From: Escherichia coli O127:H6 str. E2348/69
GTDB taxonomy: Bacteria > Pseudomonadota > Gammaproteobacteria > Enterobacterales > Enterobacteriaceae
Length of the DNA stretch: 64,000 bases
Strand: one strand, 5' to 3'
Assembly (NCBI RefSeq): GCF_000026545.1
Contig: NC_011601.1
Positions 12,498 through 23,761 of this stretch are shown here, piece by piece. A program made the position numbers and the translations under genes. The notes beneath the pieces were generated by a model. The model saw nothing but the letters and a program-made list of their open reading frames with translations, did no database searches and had not been told where the DNA came from. Numbering within the stretch: the first letter of the stretch is position 1; each line of letters opens with the position of its first letter.

Positions 12498-13802
12498 ATG
12501 AAATTTCCCGGTAAACGTAAATCCAAACATTACTTCCCCGTAAATGCACGCGATCCGCTGCTTCAGCAATTCCAGCCAGAAAACGAAACCAGCGCCGCCT
12601 GGGTAGTGGGTATCGATCAAACGCTGGTCGATATTGAAGCGAAAGTGGATGATGAATTCATTGAGCGTTATGGATTAAGCGCCGGGCATTCATTGGTGAT
12701 TGAGGATGACGTTGCCGAAGCGCTTTATCAGGAACTAAAACAGAAAAACCTGATTACCCATCAGTTTGCGGGTGGCACCATTGGTAACACCATGCACAAC
12801 TACTCGGTGCTCGCGGACGACCGTTCGGTGCTGCTGGGCGTCATGTGCAGCAATATTGAAATTGGCAGCTATGCCTATCGTTACCTGTGTAACACCTCCA
12901 GCCGTACCGATCTTAACTATCTACAAGGCGTGGATGGCCCAATTGGTCGTTGCTTTACGCTGATTGGCGAGTCCGGGGAACGTACCTTTGCTATCAGCCC
13001 CGGCCACATGAACCAGCTGCGGGCTGAAAGTATTCCGGAAGATGTGATTGCCGGAGCCTCGGCACTGGTTCTCACCTCTTATCTGGTGCGTTGCAAGCCG
13101 GGTGAACCCATGCCGGAAGCAACCATGAAAGCCATTGAGTACGCGAAGAAATATAACGTACCGGTGGTGCTGACGCTGGGCACCAAGTTTGTCATTGCCG
13201 AGAATCCGCAGTGGTGGCAGCAATTCCTCAAAGACCACGTCTCTATCCTTGCGATGAACGAAGATGAAGCCGAAGCGTTGACCGGAGAAAGCGATCCGTT
13301 GTTGGCATCTGACAAGGCGCTGGACTGGGTAGATCTGGTGCTGTGCACCGCCGGGCCAATCGGCTTGTATATGGCAGGCTTTACCGAAGACGAAGCGAAA
13401 CGTAAAACCCAGCATCCGCTGCTGCCGGGTGCTATAGCGGAATTTAACCAGTATGAGTTTAGCCGCGCCATGCGCCACAAGGATTGCCAGAATCCGCTGC
13501 GTGTCTATTCGCACATTGCGCCGTATATGGGCGGGCCGGAAAAAATCATGAACACTAACGGAGCAGGGGATGGCGCACTGGCAGCGTTGCTGCATGACAT
13601 TACCGCCAACAGCTACCACCGTAGCAACGTACCAAACTCCAGCAAACATAAATTCACCTGGTTAACTTATTCATCGTTAGCGCAGGTGTGTAAATATGCT
13701 AACCGTGTGAGCTATCAGGTACTGAACCAGCATTCACCTCGTTTAACGCGCGGCTTGCCGGAGCGTGAAGACAGCCTGGAAGAGTCTTACTGGGATCGTT
13801 AA
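12498..13802 (+). CDS. gsk: Inosine-guanosine kinase
   Basis: 434 aa of the PfkB/ribokinase family (NTNGAGDGALAALL); syntenic. Confidence 0.95.
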   Translation: MKFPGKRKSKHYFPVNARDPLLQQFQPENETSAAWVVGIDQTLVDIEAKVDDEFIERYGLSAGHSLVIEDDVAEALYQELKQKNLITHQFAGGTIGNTMHNYSVLADDRSVLLGVMCSNIEIGSYAYRYLCNTSSRTDLNYLQGVDGPIGRCFTLIGESGERTFAISPGHMNQLRAESIPEDVIAGASALVLTSYLVRCKPGEPMPEATMKAIEYAKKYNVPVVLTLGTKFVIAENPQWWQQFLKDHVSILAMNEDEAEALTGESDPLLASDKALDWVDLVLCTAGPIGLYMAGFTEDEAKRKTQHPLLPGAIAEFNQYEFSRAMRHKDCQNPLRVYSHIAPYMGGPEKIMNTNGAGDGALAALLHDITANSYHRSNVPNSSKHKFTWLTYSSLAQVCKYANRVSYQVLNQHSPRLTRGLPEREDSLEESYWDR

Positions 13803-13816
13803 GTTATCGTCGGTTC

Positions 13817-13900
13817 GTAGGCCAGATAAGGCGTTCACGCCGCATCTGGCATTTTGCTTTCAATGCCTGATGCGACGCTGGCGCGTCTTATCAGGCCTAC
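13817..13900. repeat. BIME (two inverted REP elements)
   Basis: GTAGGCCAGATAAGGCGTTCACGCCGCATCTGGC and GCCTGATGCGACGCTGGCGCGTCTTATCAGGCCTAC were read directly between the convergent genes gsk and ybaL. Confidence 0.9.
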
Positions 13901-13931
13901 ATATCCGCGCCTATTATCCGGCAACCACCGT

Positions 13932-15608
13932 TTACCCCGTCACCACCTCACCCGCCGGTGGCGTTTCCAGCAGTTCCAGCATAGTACGGGCAATTTCACG
14001 CTCACCCATCACTACCTGATTCGCACCACGTTCGGTGATATACGCCACTTCATCGTCATAATGGGCGCGGGCAATAATCTCAATATCCGGATTTTTCGCG
14101 CGGGCAGATGCCACAATCTCGCCCGCTTCATAGCCGTTGGGAATCGTCAGGATCAGCCATTTTGCACATTCCAGATGCGCCAGTTGCATAATTTCTTCGT
14201 TCGCCGCATTGCCCAATACTGCGCGGACCCCGCGCTCGCGCAGCTCATCAACACGGGTTCGTGACGTCTCAATCACCACCAGCGGAATATCAGAGGCGAG
14301 CAATTTCTCCCCCAGCAGGCTGCCTACACGACCGTAACCCACCAGTAGCGCATGGTTGCAAATATCCACTGGGATCTGCTTCTCTTCTTCGATTGCCTCT
14401 TCCAGCGTCTGCTCTTCCAGCGTTTCGGTCTTCGCCAGATATTTCTCCAGTAGTGCGAACAGTACCGGGTTGAGCATAATCGACAGGATCGCCCCTGCCA
14501 GTACCAGGTTTTGTCCGGCCTGCGGCAGTAAATTCAATGCCATTCCTAGTCCCGCCAGGATAAACGCGAACTCACCAATCTGCGCCAGGCTGGCGGCGAT
14601 GGTTAACGCCGTGCGCTGGGAGTGACCAAACAAACGCACAAGGAACAGGGCCGCGACCGATTTACCAAACAGAATAATTGCCAGCGTCGCCAGTACTGCC
14701 AGCGGTTGCTGAATCAGAATTAACGGATCAAACAACATCCCGACGGAGACAAAAAACAGCACCGCAAACGCGTCGCGCAATGGCAGTGTATCGTGGGCGG
14801 CACGGTGACTCAGTTCAGACTCGTTCAGTACCATCCCGGCAAAGAACGCACCGAGTGCAAAGGAGACATCAAACAGCTCTACCGCACCAAAGGCAATCCC
14901 TAACGCCAGCGCCAGCACCGACAGGGTAAACAGCTCGCGGGAACCGGTTGCTGCGCTGCGTGCCATAATCCACGGCACCAGACGGCGACCTACCAGCATC
15001 ATAATGGCGATAAATGCGATCACCTTGCCGATGGTGATCCCCATATCGACTGCAAGAGTGGCAAAGCCCACATCGCCCTGTTCCATCATTCCTGCTACCG
15101 CGGGTAGCAATACCAGCGTCAGGACCATCACCAGGTCTTCCACAATCAACCAACCGATGGCGATTTGCCCACGCTGACTGTCAATTAATTGCCGTTCTTC
15201 AAGTGCGCGCAGTAACACCACGGTACTGGCGGTGGAAAGACATAAGCCGAACACGATACCGGTCATTAACGACCAGCCCAGCACGGCGGAGAGCGCCATA
15301 CCCAGCAGCGTCGCCACGGCTATCTGGGCGATCGCGCCGGGAATGGCGATGGACTTTACCGCCATCAAATCCTTGAGCGAAAAATGCAAACCGACGCCGA
15401 ACATCAGCAAAATAACGCCCAGTTCAGCCAGTTCCGGCGCAAGCTTGGTATCGGCAACAAAGCCCGGAGTGAATGGTCCTGCCAGCACACCCGCTAACAG
15501 ATATCCCACCAGAGGAGAAATACGTAGTTTATTGGCCAGCATGCCGAGGATAAAGGCGAGCACAAGGCCGCCAACAATGGTGGTGATAAGCGGGGTGGTG
15601 TGATGCAT
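13932..15608 (-). CDS. ybaL: CPA2-family cation:proton antiporter with a C-terminal TrkA-N (RCK) domain
   Basis: 558 aa. The N-terminal part is polytopic membrane; the C-terminal part has a Rossmann motif (LLVGYGRVGS). Confidence 0.93.
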   Translation of the reverse strand: MHHTTPLITTIVGGLVLAFILGMLANKLRISPLVGYLLAGVLAGPFTPGFVADTKLAPELAELGVILLMFGVGLHFSLKDLMAVKSIAIPGAIAQIAVATLLGMALSAVLGWSLMTGIVFGLCLSTASTVVLLRALEERQLIDSQRGQIAIGWLIVEDLVMVLTLVLLPAVAGMMEQGDVGFATLAVDMGITIGKVIAFIAIMMLVGRRLVPWIMARSAATGSRELFTLSVLALALGIAFGAVELFDVSFALGAFFAGMVLNESELSHRAAHDTLPLRDAFAVLFFVSVGMLFDPLILIQQPLAVLATLAIILFGKSVAALFLVRLFGHSQRTALTIAASLAQIGEFAFILAGLGMALNLLPQAGQNLVLAGAILSIMLNPVLFALLEKYLAKTETLEEQTLEEAIEEEKQIPVDICNHALLVGYGRVGSLLGEKLLASDIPLVVIETSRTRVDELRERGVRAVLGNAANEEIMQLAHLECAKWLILTIPNGYEAGEIVASARAKNPDIEIIARAHYDDEVAYITERGANQVVMGEREIARTMLELLETPPAGEVVTG

Positions 15609-15814
15609 TCCGTCTCCTTTTCCTGGTGGTTATTGTCCATTTTTGGCCGGGAAAACCAAAATTACAGGTAATAGTTTATGACAATTTCATTGATGATGTT
15701 TATGAATAATTGTTGAATTTTGCAGAAAAATGGAATTAGCTGCAAAAAAAAGCACGGATCGGAAAACAGAAGGCGGTTTAACAGAGGAAAGGCTTATGGC
15801 GACTGTAAAACGAT

Positions 15815-15839
15815 GCAGCCAAAGTTTGCCTTTGGCTGC
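15815..15839 (-). terminator. Hairpin downstream of fsr (GCAGCCAAAG-TTTGC-CTTTGGCTGC)
   Basis: Perfect 10-bp stem with a 5-nt loop, 8 nt after the fsr stop. A short T run follows on the minus strand. Confidence 0.55.
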
Positions 15840-15846
15840 AATGAAA

Positions 15847-17067
15847 TCAGTCTTTATGCCGGTTATCAGGCAGGAATATGGTCAACATCCCCAATAGTGG
15901 CAGGAAAGCACAGATTTTATAGACTAACTCTATGCTGGTGTGGTCGGCGATAAGCCCCAGAACTGCCGCCCCCAGACCTCCCATGCCGAAAGCAAAACCG
16001 AAAAATAGTCCAGAAACCATACCGATACGTCCCGGAAGCAGCTCCTGGGCATAGACCAGAATGGCAGAGAATGCCGAAGCGAGGATAAATCCAATAATCA
16101 CCGTTAAAACCCCCGTCCAGTGCAGGCTGGCGTAGGGTAAAATCAGCGTAAACGGCGCAACGCCGAGGATAGAGCCCCAAATCACATATTTCCGTCCAAT
16201 TTTATCCCCTACAGGCCCGCCAATCACCGTACCTGCCGCAACGGCAAACAGGAAGGCAAACAAATGAAGCTGAGCATTCTGGATAGATAATCCGAATTTT
16301 TGCATCAGATAAAAGGTGTAATAGCTGCTGATGCTCGCCATATAGAAATATTTCGAGAAAATGAGGATTAACAGAATGCTGACCGCCAGAACAACTTTAT
16401 TGCGCGGCAGTGGATTGATAATCGTCGCTTTGGGTTTTCCTTTATTCATTCGGTGCTGTGCCGAGTACCAACGGCTGATTTGCGCCAACACCACGATCGC
16501 CAGCAGTGCCGCAAGCACAAACCAGGCAACGTTGCCTTTGCCATAAGGCGCGATAATCACCGCCGCCAGCAAGGGGCCCAGGGAACTGCCAAAGTTGCCG
16601 CCGACCTGAAATATAGATTGCGCCAGGCCATGACGCCCGCCGGAAGCCATACGGGCCACGCGAGAAGATTCCGGATGAAAGACCGATGAACCGGTACCGA
16701 CCAGCGCCGCTGCCAGCAGAACTGCGCCAAAACTGCCCGCCAGCGCCAGCAGCACCAGACCACTTAAGGTAAAACACATGCCAATCGGCAACGACCACGG
16801 CATCGGATATTTATCGGTCCAGTAGCCGACCACCGGTTGCAGTAGCGAAGAGGCGAGCTGGAAGGTGAGGGTTATCATGCCAATCTGCATAAATGTCAGA
16901 GAAAATTCTGACTGAAGCAGTGGATAAATCGCCAGAATCAGCGATTGGATCATGTCGTTCAGCAGATGTGAGAGGCTGATAGCACCTAAAATACCAAACG
17001 ATGTTCGGGCCTTAGTCGTTGACGCAGCCGCGCCCGCCACAGGCTGGGTTTGTTCACTCATTGCCAT
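15847..17067 (-). CDS. fsr: MFS transporter Fsr (fosmidomycin resistance)
   Basis: 406 aa with a 12-TM MFS profile; the sequence and synteny match Fsr. Confidence 0.93.
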   Translation of the reverse strand: MAMSEQTQPVAGAAASTTKARTSFGILGAISLSHLLNDMIQSLILAIYPLLQSEFSLTFMQIGMITLTFQLASSLLQPVVGYWTDKYPMPWSLPIGMCFTLSGLVLLALAGSFGAVLLAAALVGTGSSVFHPESSRVARMASGGRHGLAQSIFQVGGNFGSSLGPLLAAVIIAPYGKGNVAWFVLAALLAIVVLAQISRWYSAQHRMNKGKPKATIINPLPRNKVVLAVSILLILIFSKYFYMASISSYYTFYLMQKFGLSIQNAQLHLFAFLFAVAAGTVIGGPVGDKIGRKYVIWGSILGVAPFTLILPYASLHWTGVLTVIIGFILASAFSAILVYAQELLPGRIGMVSGLFFGFAFGMGGLGAAVLGLIADHTSIELVYKICAFLPLLGMLTIFLPDNRHKD

Positions 17068-17284
17068 AGGAAAGTCACTTTTTCAGGGTTGCGATGTAAA
17101 GAATGATCTTATTTGTGATTATTACCCGACTAACATACCTGTATGCGCCGCCTGAAGGAAGTCTCAACGCGGAATACAGAATTTCTAATCTGGATGCAGA
17201 TTTATCTTCACCGGACGCAGACTTGTTTATGATGTCGCGTCATACTATTTTTCAACACGTTGAAATCAGGTCAGGGAGAGAAGT

Positions 17285-18937
17285 ATGAAATTATTGCAGC
17301 GGGGCGTGGCGTTAGCACTGTTAACCACATTTACACTGGCGAGTGAAACTGCTCTGGCGTACGAGCAGGATAAAACCTACAAAATTACAGTTCTGCACAC
17401 CAATGATCATCATGGGCATTTTTGGCGCAATGAATATGGTGAATATGGTCTGGCGGCGCAAAAAACGCTGGTGGATGGTATCCGCAAAGAGGTTGCGGCT
17501 GAAGGCGGTAGCGTGCTGCTACTTTCCGGTGGCGACATTAACACTGGCGTGCCCGAGTCCGACTTACAGGATGCCGAACCTGATTTTCGCGGTATGAATC
17601 TGGTGGGCTATGACGCGATGGCGATCGGTAATCATGAATTTGATAACCCGCTCACCGTATTACGCCAGCAGGAAAAGTGGGCTAAGTTCCCGTTGCTTTC
17701 CGCCAATATCTACCAGAAAAGTACCGGCGAGCGCCTGTTTAAACCATGGGCGCTGTTTAAGCGTCAGGATCTGAAAATTGCCGTTATTGGCCTGACGACG
17801 GATGACACAGCCAAAATTGGTAATCCGGAATATTTCACTGATATCGAATTTCGTAAGCCCGCTGATGAAGCGAAGCTGGTGATTCAGGAGCTGCAACAGA
17901 CAGAAAAGCCAGACATTATTATCGCGGCGACCCATATGGGGCATTACGACAATGGTGAGCACGGCTCTAACGCACCGGGCGATGTGGAGATGGCACGCGC
18001 GCTGCCTGCCGGATCGCTGGCGATGATCGTCGGTGGTCACTCGCAAGATCCGGTCTGTATGGCGGCAGAAAACAAAAAACAGGTCGATTACGTGCCGGGT
18101 ACGCCATGCAAACCGGATCAACAAAACGGCATCTGGATTGTGCAGGCGCATGAGTGGGGCAAATACGTGGGACGGGCTGATTTTGAGTTTCGTAATGGCG
18201 AAATGAAAATGGTTAACTACCAGCTGATTCCGGTGAACCTGAAGAAGAAAGTGACCTGGGAAGACGGGAAAAGCGAGCGCGTGCTGTACACCCCTGAAAT
18301 CGCTGAAAACCAGCAAATGATCTCGCTGTTATCACCGTTCCAGAACAAAGGCAAAGCGCAGCTGGAAGTGAAAATAGGCGAAACCAATGGTCGTCTGGAA
18401 GGCGATCGTGACAAAGTGCGTTTTGTACAGACCAATATGGGGCGGTTGATTCTGGCAGCACAAATGGATCGCACTGGTGCCGACTTTGCGGTGATGAGCG
18501 GAGGCGGAATTCGTGATTCTATCGAAGCAGGTGATATCAGCTATAAAAACGTACTGAAAGTGCAGCCATTCGGCAATGTGGTGGTGTATGCCGACATGAC
18601 CGGTAAAGAGGTGATTGATTACCTGACCGCCGTCGCACAAATGAAGCCAGATTCAGGTGCCTACCCGCAATTTGCCAACGTTAGCTTTGTGGCGAAAGAC
18701 GGCAAACTGGACGACCTTAAAATCAAAGGCGAACCGGTCGATCCGGCGAAAACTTATCGTATGGCGACATTAAACTTCAATGCCACCGGCGGTGATGGCT
18801 ATCCGCGCCTTGATAACAAACCGGGCTATGTGAATACCGGCTTTATTGATGCCGAAGTGCTGAAAGCGTATATCCAGAAAAGCTCGCCGCTGGATGTGAG
18901 TGTTTATGAACCGAAAGGTGAGGTGAGCTGGCAGTAA
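17285..18937 (+). CDS. ushA: Periplasmic UDP-sugar hydrolase / 5'-nucleotidase
   Basis: 550 aa, with a signal peptide (…ASETALA/YE) and the calcineurin-like metallophosphatase motifs (TNDHHGH, GNHEFD). Confidence 0.96.
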   Translation: MKLLQRGVALALLTTFTLASETALAYEQDKTYKITVLHTNDHHGHFWRNEYGEYGLAAQKTLVDGIRKEVAAEGGSVLLLSGGDINTGVPESDLQDAEPDFRGMNLVGYDAMAIGNHEFDNPLTVLRQQEKWAKFPLLSANIYQKSTGERLFKPWALFKRQDLKIAVIGLTTDDTAKIGNPEYFTDIEFRKPADEAKLVIQELQQTEKPDIIIAATHMGHYDNGEHGSNAPGDVEMARALPAGSLAMIVGGHSQDPVCMAAENKKQVDYVPGTPCKPDQQNGIWIVQAHEWGKYVGRADFEFRNGEMKMVNYQLIPVNLKKKVTWEDGKSERVLYTPEIAENQQMISLLSPFQNKGKAQLEVKIGETNGRLEGDRDKVRFVQTNMGRLILAAQMDRTGADFAVMSGGGIRDSIEAGDISYKNVLKVQPFGNVVVYADMTGKEVIDYLTAVAQMKPDSGAYPQFANVSFVAKDGKLDDLKIKGEPVDPAKTYRMATLNFNATGGDGYPRLDNKPGYVNTGFIDAEVLKAYIQKSSPLDVSVYEPKGEVSWQ

Positions 18938-18973
18938 TCCGAAAGTGCCGGATATTTGCATCCGGCACAATGC

Positions 18974-19468
<495 letters not shown>

Positions 19469-19573
19469 TTAAACAAAAAACGAAGCAAGCATACGCCTGA
19501 TGGCGGTCCCAAAAAAAGAGTCATCTTGCCTAAGAGTATTGGCAGGATGGTGAGATTGAGCGACAATCGACTT

Positions 19574-19657
19574 ACACCGTCGCTTAAAGTGACGGCATAA
19601 TAATAAAAATATGAAATTCCTCTTTGACGGGCCAATAGCGATATTGGCCATTTTTTT
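19574..19657 (+). ncRNA. chiX: ChiX (MicM/SroB/RybC) Hfq-dependent sRNA
   Basis: I recognise the sequence ACACCGTCGCTTAAAGTGACGGCATAATAATAAAAATATGAAATTCCTCTTTGACGGGCCAATAGCGATATTGGCCATTTTTTT. It has a 5' hairpin and a terminal GGCCAATAGCGATATTGGCC hairpin plus T7. Its location in the ybaK-ybaP intergenic region matches K-12. Confidence 0.9.
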
Positions 19658-20450
19658 AGCGCAACATCTGCGGCAAATTCCCTTCTCCATACAGATGTAA
19701 AGCACCGACCGCGACCACATAGCGCCCCGGCGGCATGTCGCGTAATTTGTCCCGCCAGGCGAGATTTCGCTGATGCATCAGCACATCGTACAGCGACTGA
19801 CTGAATGTATTGGGCAGCGTTATTTCATTATTTTGCGGCGGCGCATTCAGCCACCAGCCCATCATTTGTTGCAGCAACCGTGCATTGGTGTGCCAGTGGG
19901 TCAGCGTATCGTCCAGCAGCGCCAGTCCTTTGTCAGGGAGCTGGAGCAACATGGCAATCTGTTTTTCTGCGCCTTCCAGTTCAATTACAGGTTTATGTTG
20001 TTGCTTCGCCGCCTGCAATAGCTGGTAATCGATACCATATTCTGCCCGCAGCCCCAGTTTTTGCGCCTGCGTCGCCTGAAGAACCATCGCGATTTGCCAC
20101 AACGGTTGAGTAGAAAAGAGTGACGGAGAAATGCCCATCTCCTGGCTAATGTGCTGCAGGTTTTGGAGTTGCTCCTCGCTAATGCGCTCTTCCAGTGCCT
20201 CGCAGGCAGGCAAATTGGCAAAAGGCGTATCGCTGGTGGAAACATCCGCCTCGACGATCAGCGCATCGGCGTTTTTGAGCTTTTTGAGCAAACGGGTGGG
20301 CAGGGGAGCCATATCGTGGCTACCCATATGAATACTGCCGATCAGATGAAAATGGCGATTGCCGGGAAGAGAGATATCGATAGCAGGCCAGGTGTAATGA
20401 TTACCGCGCAGCGCGGCCCAAAGCGTTTTTACCCGGTACAACAGATCCAT
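19656..20450 (-). CDS. ybaP: TraB/PrgY-family protein YbaP
   Basis: 264 aa; syntenic; contains the GSIHMG motif. Confidence 0.9.
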   Translation of the reverse strand: MDLLYRVKTLWAALRGNHYTWPAIDISLPGNRHFHLIGSIHMGSHDMAPLPTRLLKKLKNADALIVEADVSTSDTPFANLPACEALEERISEEQLQNLQHISQEMGISPSLFSTQPLWQIAMVLQATQAQKLGLRAEYGIDYQLLQAAKQQHKPVIELEGAEKQIAMLLQLPDKGLALLDDTLTHWHTNARLLQQMMGWWLNAPPQNNEITLPNTFSQSLYDVLMHQRNLAWRDKLRDMPPGRYVVAVGALHLYGEGNLPQMLR

Positions 20451-20595
20451 ACGACCTCCCTTTGTGAAATATCATGCTAGCGCGCGGGGAGGGATGGCGC
20501 AAATCGCAAATGGAGTTGGGGACTTGTTTGATGTGTTTGTATGCTTCAGTATGTTCCTGTATCGCTATTTCACAAGGAAGCAACAGTTAAAAACC

Positions 20596-20937
20596 ATGAA
20601 ACAGGCAACAAGAAAACCGACGACACCTGGAGATATTCTTCTCTATGAATATCTGGAACCGCTCGATTTGAAAATCAATGAGTTAGCAGAGTTGCTGCAT
20701 GTTCATCGTAATAGCGTCAGTGCACTGATCAATAATAATCGTAAACTCACCACTGAAATGGCATTCCGTCTGGCGAAAGTTTTTGATACCACAGTCGATT
20801 TTTGGCTAAACCTCCAGGCGGCAGTTGATCTTTGGGAAGTTGAAAACAACATGCGTACCCAGGAAGAATTGGGACGGATTGAAACAGTGGCTGAATATTT
20901 GGCACGCCGTGAAGAGCGTGCAAAAAAGGTCGCGTAG
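20596..20937 (+). CDS. ybaQ: HigA-like XRE-family HTH protein (orphan antitoxin-like)
   Basis: The ATG at 20596 gives the 113-aa protein MKQATRKPTTPGDILLYEYLEPLDLKINELAELLHVHRNSVSALINNNRKLT...; the track ORF from 20464 is over-extended. Confidence 0.9.
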   Translation: MKQATRKPTTPGDILLYEYLEPLDLKINELAELLHVHRNSVSALINNNRKLTTEMAFRLAKVFDTTVDFWLNLQAAVDLWEVENNMRTQEELGRIETVAEYLARREERAKKVA

Positions 20938-20994
20938 AATAATTTCCCTATAACGGATGCGCCACCCTAAAGCAGTGCATCCGTAATGATGTAA

Positions 20995-23499
20995 TTATTC
21001 CTTTGGTTTAAACCGCAGCAACCGGTTGGCGTTACTCACTACGGTAATCGACGAGAGCGCCATTGCCGCTCCGGCAACCACCGGGTTAAGCAGTGTTCCA
21101 GTGAACGGCCACAAAATACCGGCGGCGACCGGAATACCAATGCTGTTGTAGATAAACGCGCCGAGCAGGTTCTGCTTCATATTGCGCAGCGTTGCGCGGG
21201 AAATCGCGAGCGCATCTGCAACACCCATCAGGCTATGGCGCATCAGGGTAATCGCCGCGGTTTCAATGGCAACATCACTGCCGCCACCCATTGCAATGCC
21301 GACATCCGCCTGAGCCAGCGCTGGCGCGTCGTTAATGCCATCGCCCACCATTGCCACCTGACGTCCTTCACTTTGCAGACGTTTGATCGCTTCGGCTTTA
21401 CCGTCCGGCAGCACCCCGGCTATCACCTCATCAATCCCTGCTTCTTTGGCGATCGCATTGGCGGTGGTCGGGTTATCCCCGGTTAGCATCACCAGGCGAT
21501 ATCCCGCTTTATGCAGGCGTTGCAGCGCCGCCACGCTATCACTACGCAACGGATCGCGTACAGCCAGCAGGGCTACCGCTTTCCCGTCAACCGCCAGCAG
21601 CACAGGCGTTGCCCCTTGCGATGCCTGAGCTGAAATATCTGCTTCAATTGCTTTGGTATTGACCTGTTGGTCATTTAACAACGCCTGATTGCCCAGCAAT
21701 AACGCATGACCTTCAGCTTCACCGCTCACGCCCAGCCCGCGCAATGTGCGGAAACCGTTGACCTGCGGTAGCTGCATATCGCTTGCTTTATCGAGGATAG
21801 CCCGTGCCAGCGGGTGGCTGGAACCTTGCTCCAGCGCTGCCGCCAGACGCAATGCTTGCGCTTCATCAATATCAGCAAATGTTTTTACTGCGACAACCTG
21901 CGGCTTCCCTTCGGTCAGCGTCCCGGTTTTATCGAACACTACGGTGTCGAGCGTACTGGCGCGTTGCAGCGCGTCGGCGTCCCGTACCAGCACGCCAAAC
22001 TCAGCCGCCCGCCCGACGCCCGAAATAATCGACATCGGCGTCGCCAGCCCCAGCGCACACGGACAGGCAATAATCAGCACCGTGGTGGCAATCACCAGGG
22101 TATAGACAATCTGCGGTGCCGGACCAAAGAAATACCAGATTGCCGCACTGATCAGCGCAATCACCACCACTACCGGCACAAATACGGCTGAGATTTTATC
22201 CGCCAGCTGACCGATTTCTGGCTTACTGCTCTGGGCCTGGCGCACCATACGAATAATCCGCGACAGCGTAGTATGGCTGCCAACCGCACTGGCGCGAAAC
22301 AACACGCTACCGTCCTGCACCACTGTCCCGGCATGGACGCTATCGCCTTCGCCTTTTTGCTGCGGTATAGGTTCGCCCGTCAGCATCGCTTCATCCAGCC
22401 ACGCTTCGCCCTGGGTGATCTCACCATCTACCGGTACGCGATCGCCGGTCGTCAGGCGCAGCAACATACCTGGCTGCACTTCCGCCAGCGGCACGCTTTT
22501 TTCACCTTCGTCAGTAACCAGGCGCGCCGTCGGCGGAGTTAAATCGAGTAATTTCTCCAGCGCCTTTGAAGAACGCTGACGTGCGCGCGCTTCCAGCATA
22601 TGACCGAGATTAATCAGACCGATAATCATCGCACTGGCTTCATAGTAAAGATGCCGCGCTTCCATCGGGAACCACTGCGGCCACAGGTTAACGCTCATCG
22701 AATAGAGCCACGCCACACCAGTACCCAGCGCCACCAGCGTATCCATCGTCGCTGCACCGTTCAGCAGGCTTTTCCATGCACTACGGTAAAAATGGCCGCC
22801 GGCGAAAACCATCACTGCCAGGGTTATCAGGCCGATAACCAACCACAGGCTGCGGTTGTCAGCGGTGACCATCATGTTATCGCCGATCATCCCCCAGACC
22901 ATCACCGGGATACCCACCGCCAGTGCGACAATCGCCTGCCAGCGGAAGCGCTTCATCGTAGCGACGGCGGTTTCTTGCTGGCGCTCGCGGCGTTTAGCGT
23001 CATCTTCAATCGCTTCCGCGCCGTAGCCCGCTTTTTCCACCGCCTGCACTAAATCTTGTGGGGAGGCACTGCCCATCACCAGCGCAGTACGCTCCGCCAG
23101 GTTTACCCGTGCCTGAGTGACGCCCGGTACGCTTTGCAGCGCATTTTGTACGCGGGTGACACAGCTGGCGCAGCTCATGCCGCTCAGCAGCAACTGCTGG
23201 CTGTCATCATCATCGGCGGTCGCTGCCGGAAGCGCCTCAGAAACCGCTGTCAGTGCTTCCGACGGGATTGATGACTCCGCCAGCGGTTTAGCCTTTGGGT
23301 GGCTTACAGATGCGTCATAACCCGCTTGTTTGATGGTTTCGATCAGCTGTTCTGCACTGGCAGTCCCGGTAACGTGCGCTTCAGTGACAGACACATCCGC
23401 CTGCTCAACATCCGGGCGCTGTTCGAGACTTTCTTTCACGCGTTTAACGCAGTGACCGCAGGACAGGCCGTCCAGGGTCAGGTCGATAGTTTGTGACAT
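20995..23499 (-). CDS. copA: Cu(I)-exporting P1B-type ATPase
   Basis: 834 aa, with two N-terminal GLSCGHC/GMSCASC metal-binding domains, the CPC motif, DKTGT and GDGINDAP. Confidence 0.97.
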   Translation of the reverse strand: MSQTIDLTLDGLSCGHCVKRVKESLEQRPDVEQADVSVTEAHVTGTASAEQLIETIKQAGYDASVSHPKAKPLAESSIPSEALTAVSEALPAATADDDDSQQLLLSGMSCASCVTRVQNALQSVPGVTQARVNLAERTALVMGSASPQDLVQAVEKAGYGAEAIEDDAKRRERQQETAVATMKRFRWQAIVALAVGIPVMVWGMIGDNMMVTADNRSLWLVIGLITLAVMVFAGGHFYRSAWKSLLNGAATMDTLVALGTGVAWLYSMSVNLWPQWFPMEARHLYYEASAMIIGLINLGHMLEARARQRSSKALEKLLDLTPPTARLVTDEGEKSVPLAEVQPGMLLRLTTGDRVPVDGEITQGEAWLDEAMLTGEPIPQQKGEGDSVHAGTVVQDGSVLFRASAVGSHTTLSRIIRMVRQAQSSKPEIGQLADKISAVFVPVVVVIALISAAIWYFFGPAPQIVYTLVIATTVLIIACPCALGLATPMSIISGVGRAAEFGVLVRDADALQRASTLDTVVFDKTGTLTEGKPQVVAVKTFADIDEAQALRLAAALEQGSSHPLARAILDKASDMQLPQVNGFRTLRGLGVSGEAEGHALLLGNQALLNDQQVNTKAIEADISAQASQGATPVLLAVDGKAVALLAVRDPLRSDSVAALQRLHKAGYRLVMLTGDNPTTANAIAKEAGIDEVIAGVLPDGKAEAIKRLQSEGRQVAMVGDGINDAPALAQADVGIAMGGGSDVAIETAAITLMRHSLMGVADALAISRATLRNMKQNLLGAFIYNSIGIPVAAGILWPFTGTLLNPVVAGAAMALSSITVVSNANRLLRFKPKE
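23288..23299 (-). promoter_or_regulatory. copA: copA -1 frameshift site C CCA AAG (codons 67-69), with a -1 frame stop two codons later (CCC AAA GGC TAA)
   Basis: The heptamer and the -1 frame TAA were read directly on the minus strand. They correspond to the published CopA(Z) frameshift product, which ends just after metal-binding domain 1. Confidence 0.8.
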
Positions 23500-23547
23500 A
23501 AAACACTCCTTTTAAGACAGTTTTGACTGGCTGTGATAAAGGTTAAA

Positions 23548-23566
23548 CCTTCCAGCAAGGGGAAGG
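23548..23566. promoter_or_regulatory. CueR operator inside the copA promoter (CCTTCC-N7-GGAAGG between TTGACC and the -10)
   Basis: Perfect inverted repeat read directly. On the minus strand it sits between TTGACC and TTTATCACAG, giving the long spacer typical of MerR-type promoters. Confidence 0.85.
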
Positions 23567-23761
23567 TCAAGAAATTAATAAACCAGGCGGGTAAAAGTCC
23601 GTAAAGATTAAAAAATCGGCTCGATTTGCATCAGGATTAGACATTTATCTCTTTGTTTTCCTGTGGTTAAGTTGCGGGTGCTAAGTTAAATCAGGATGCC
23701 TGAAAATCGGCACCGGGGTGAGGAATTACCTCCCGCATCTATAAAAAGGAGTTAACAAAAG

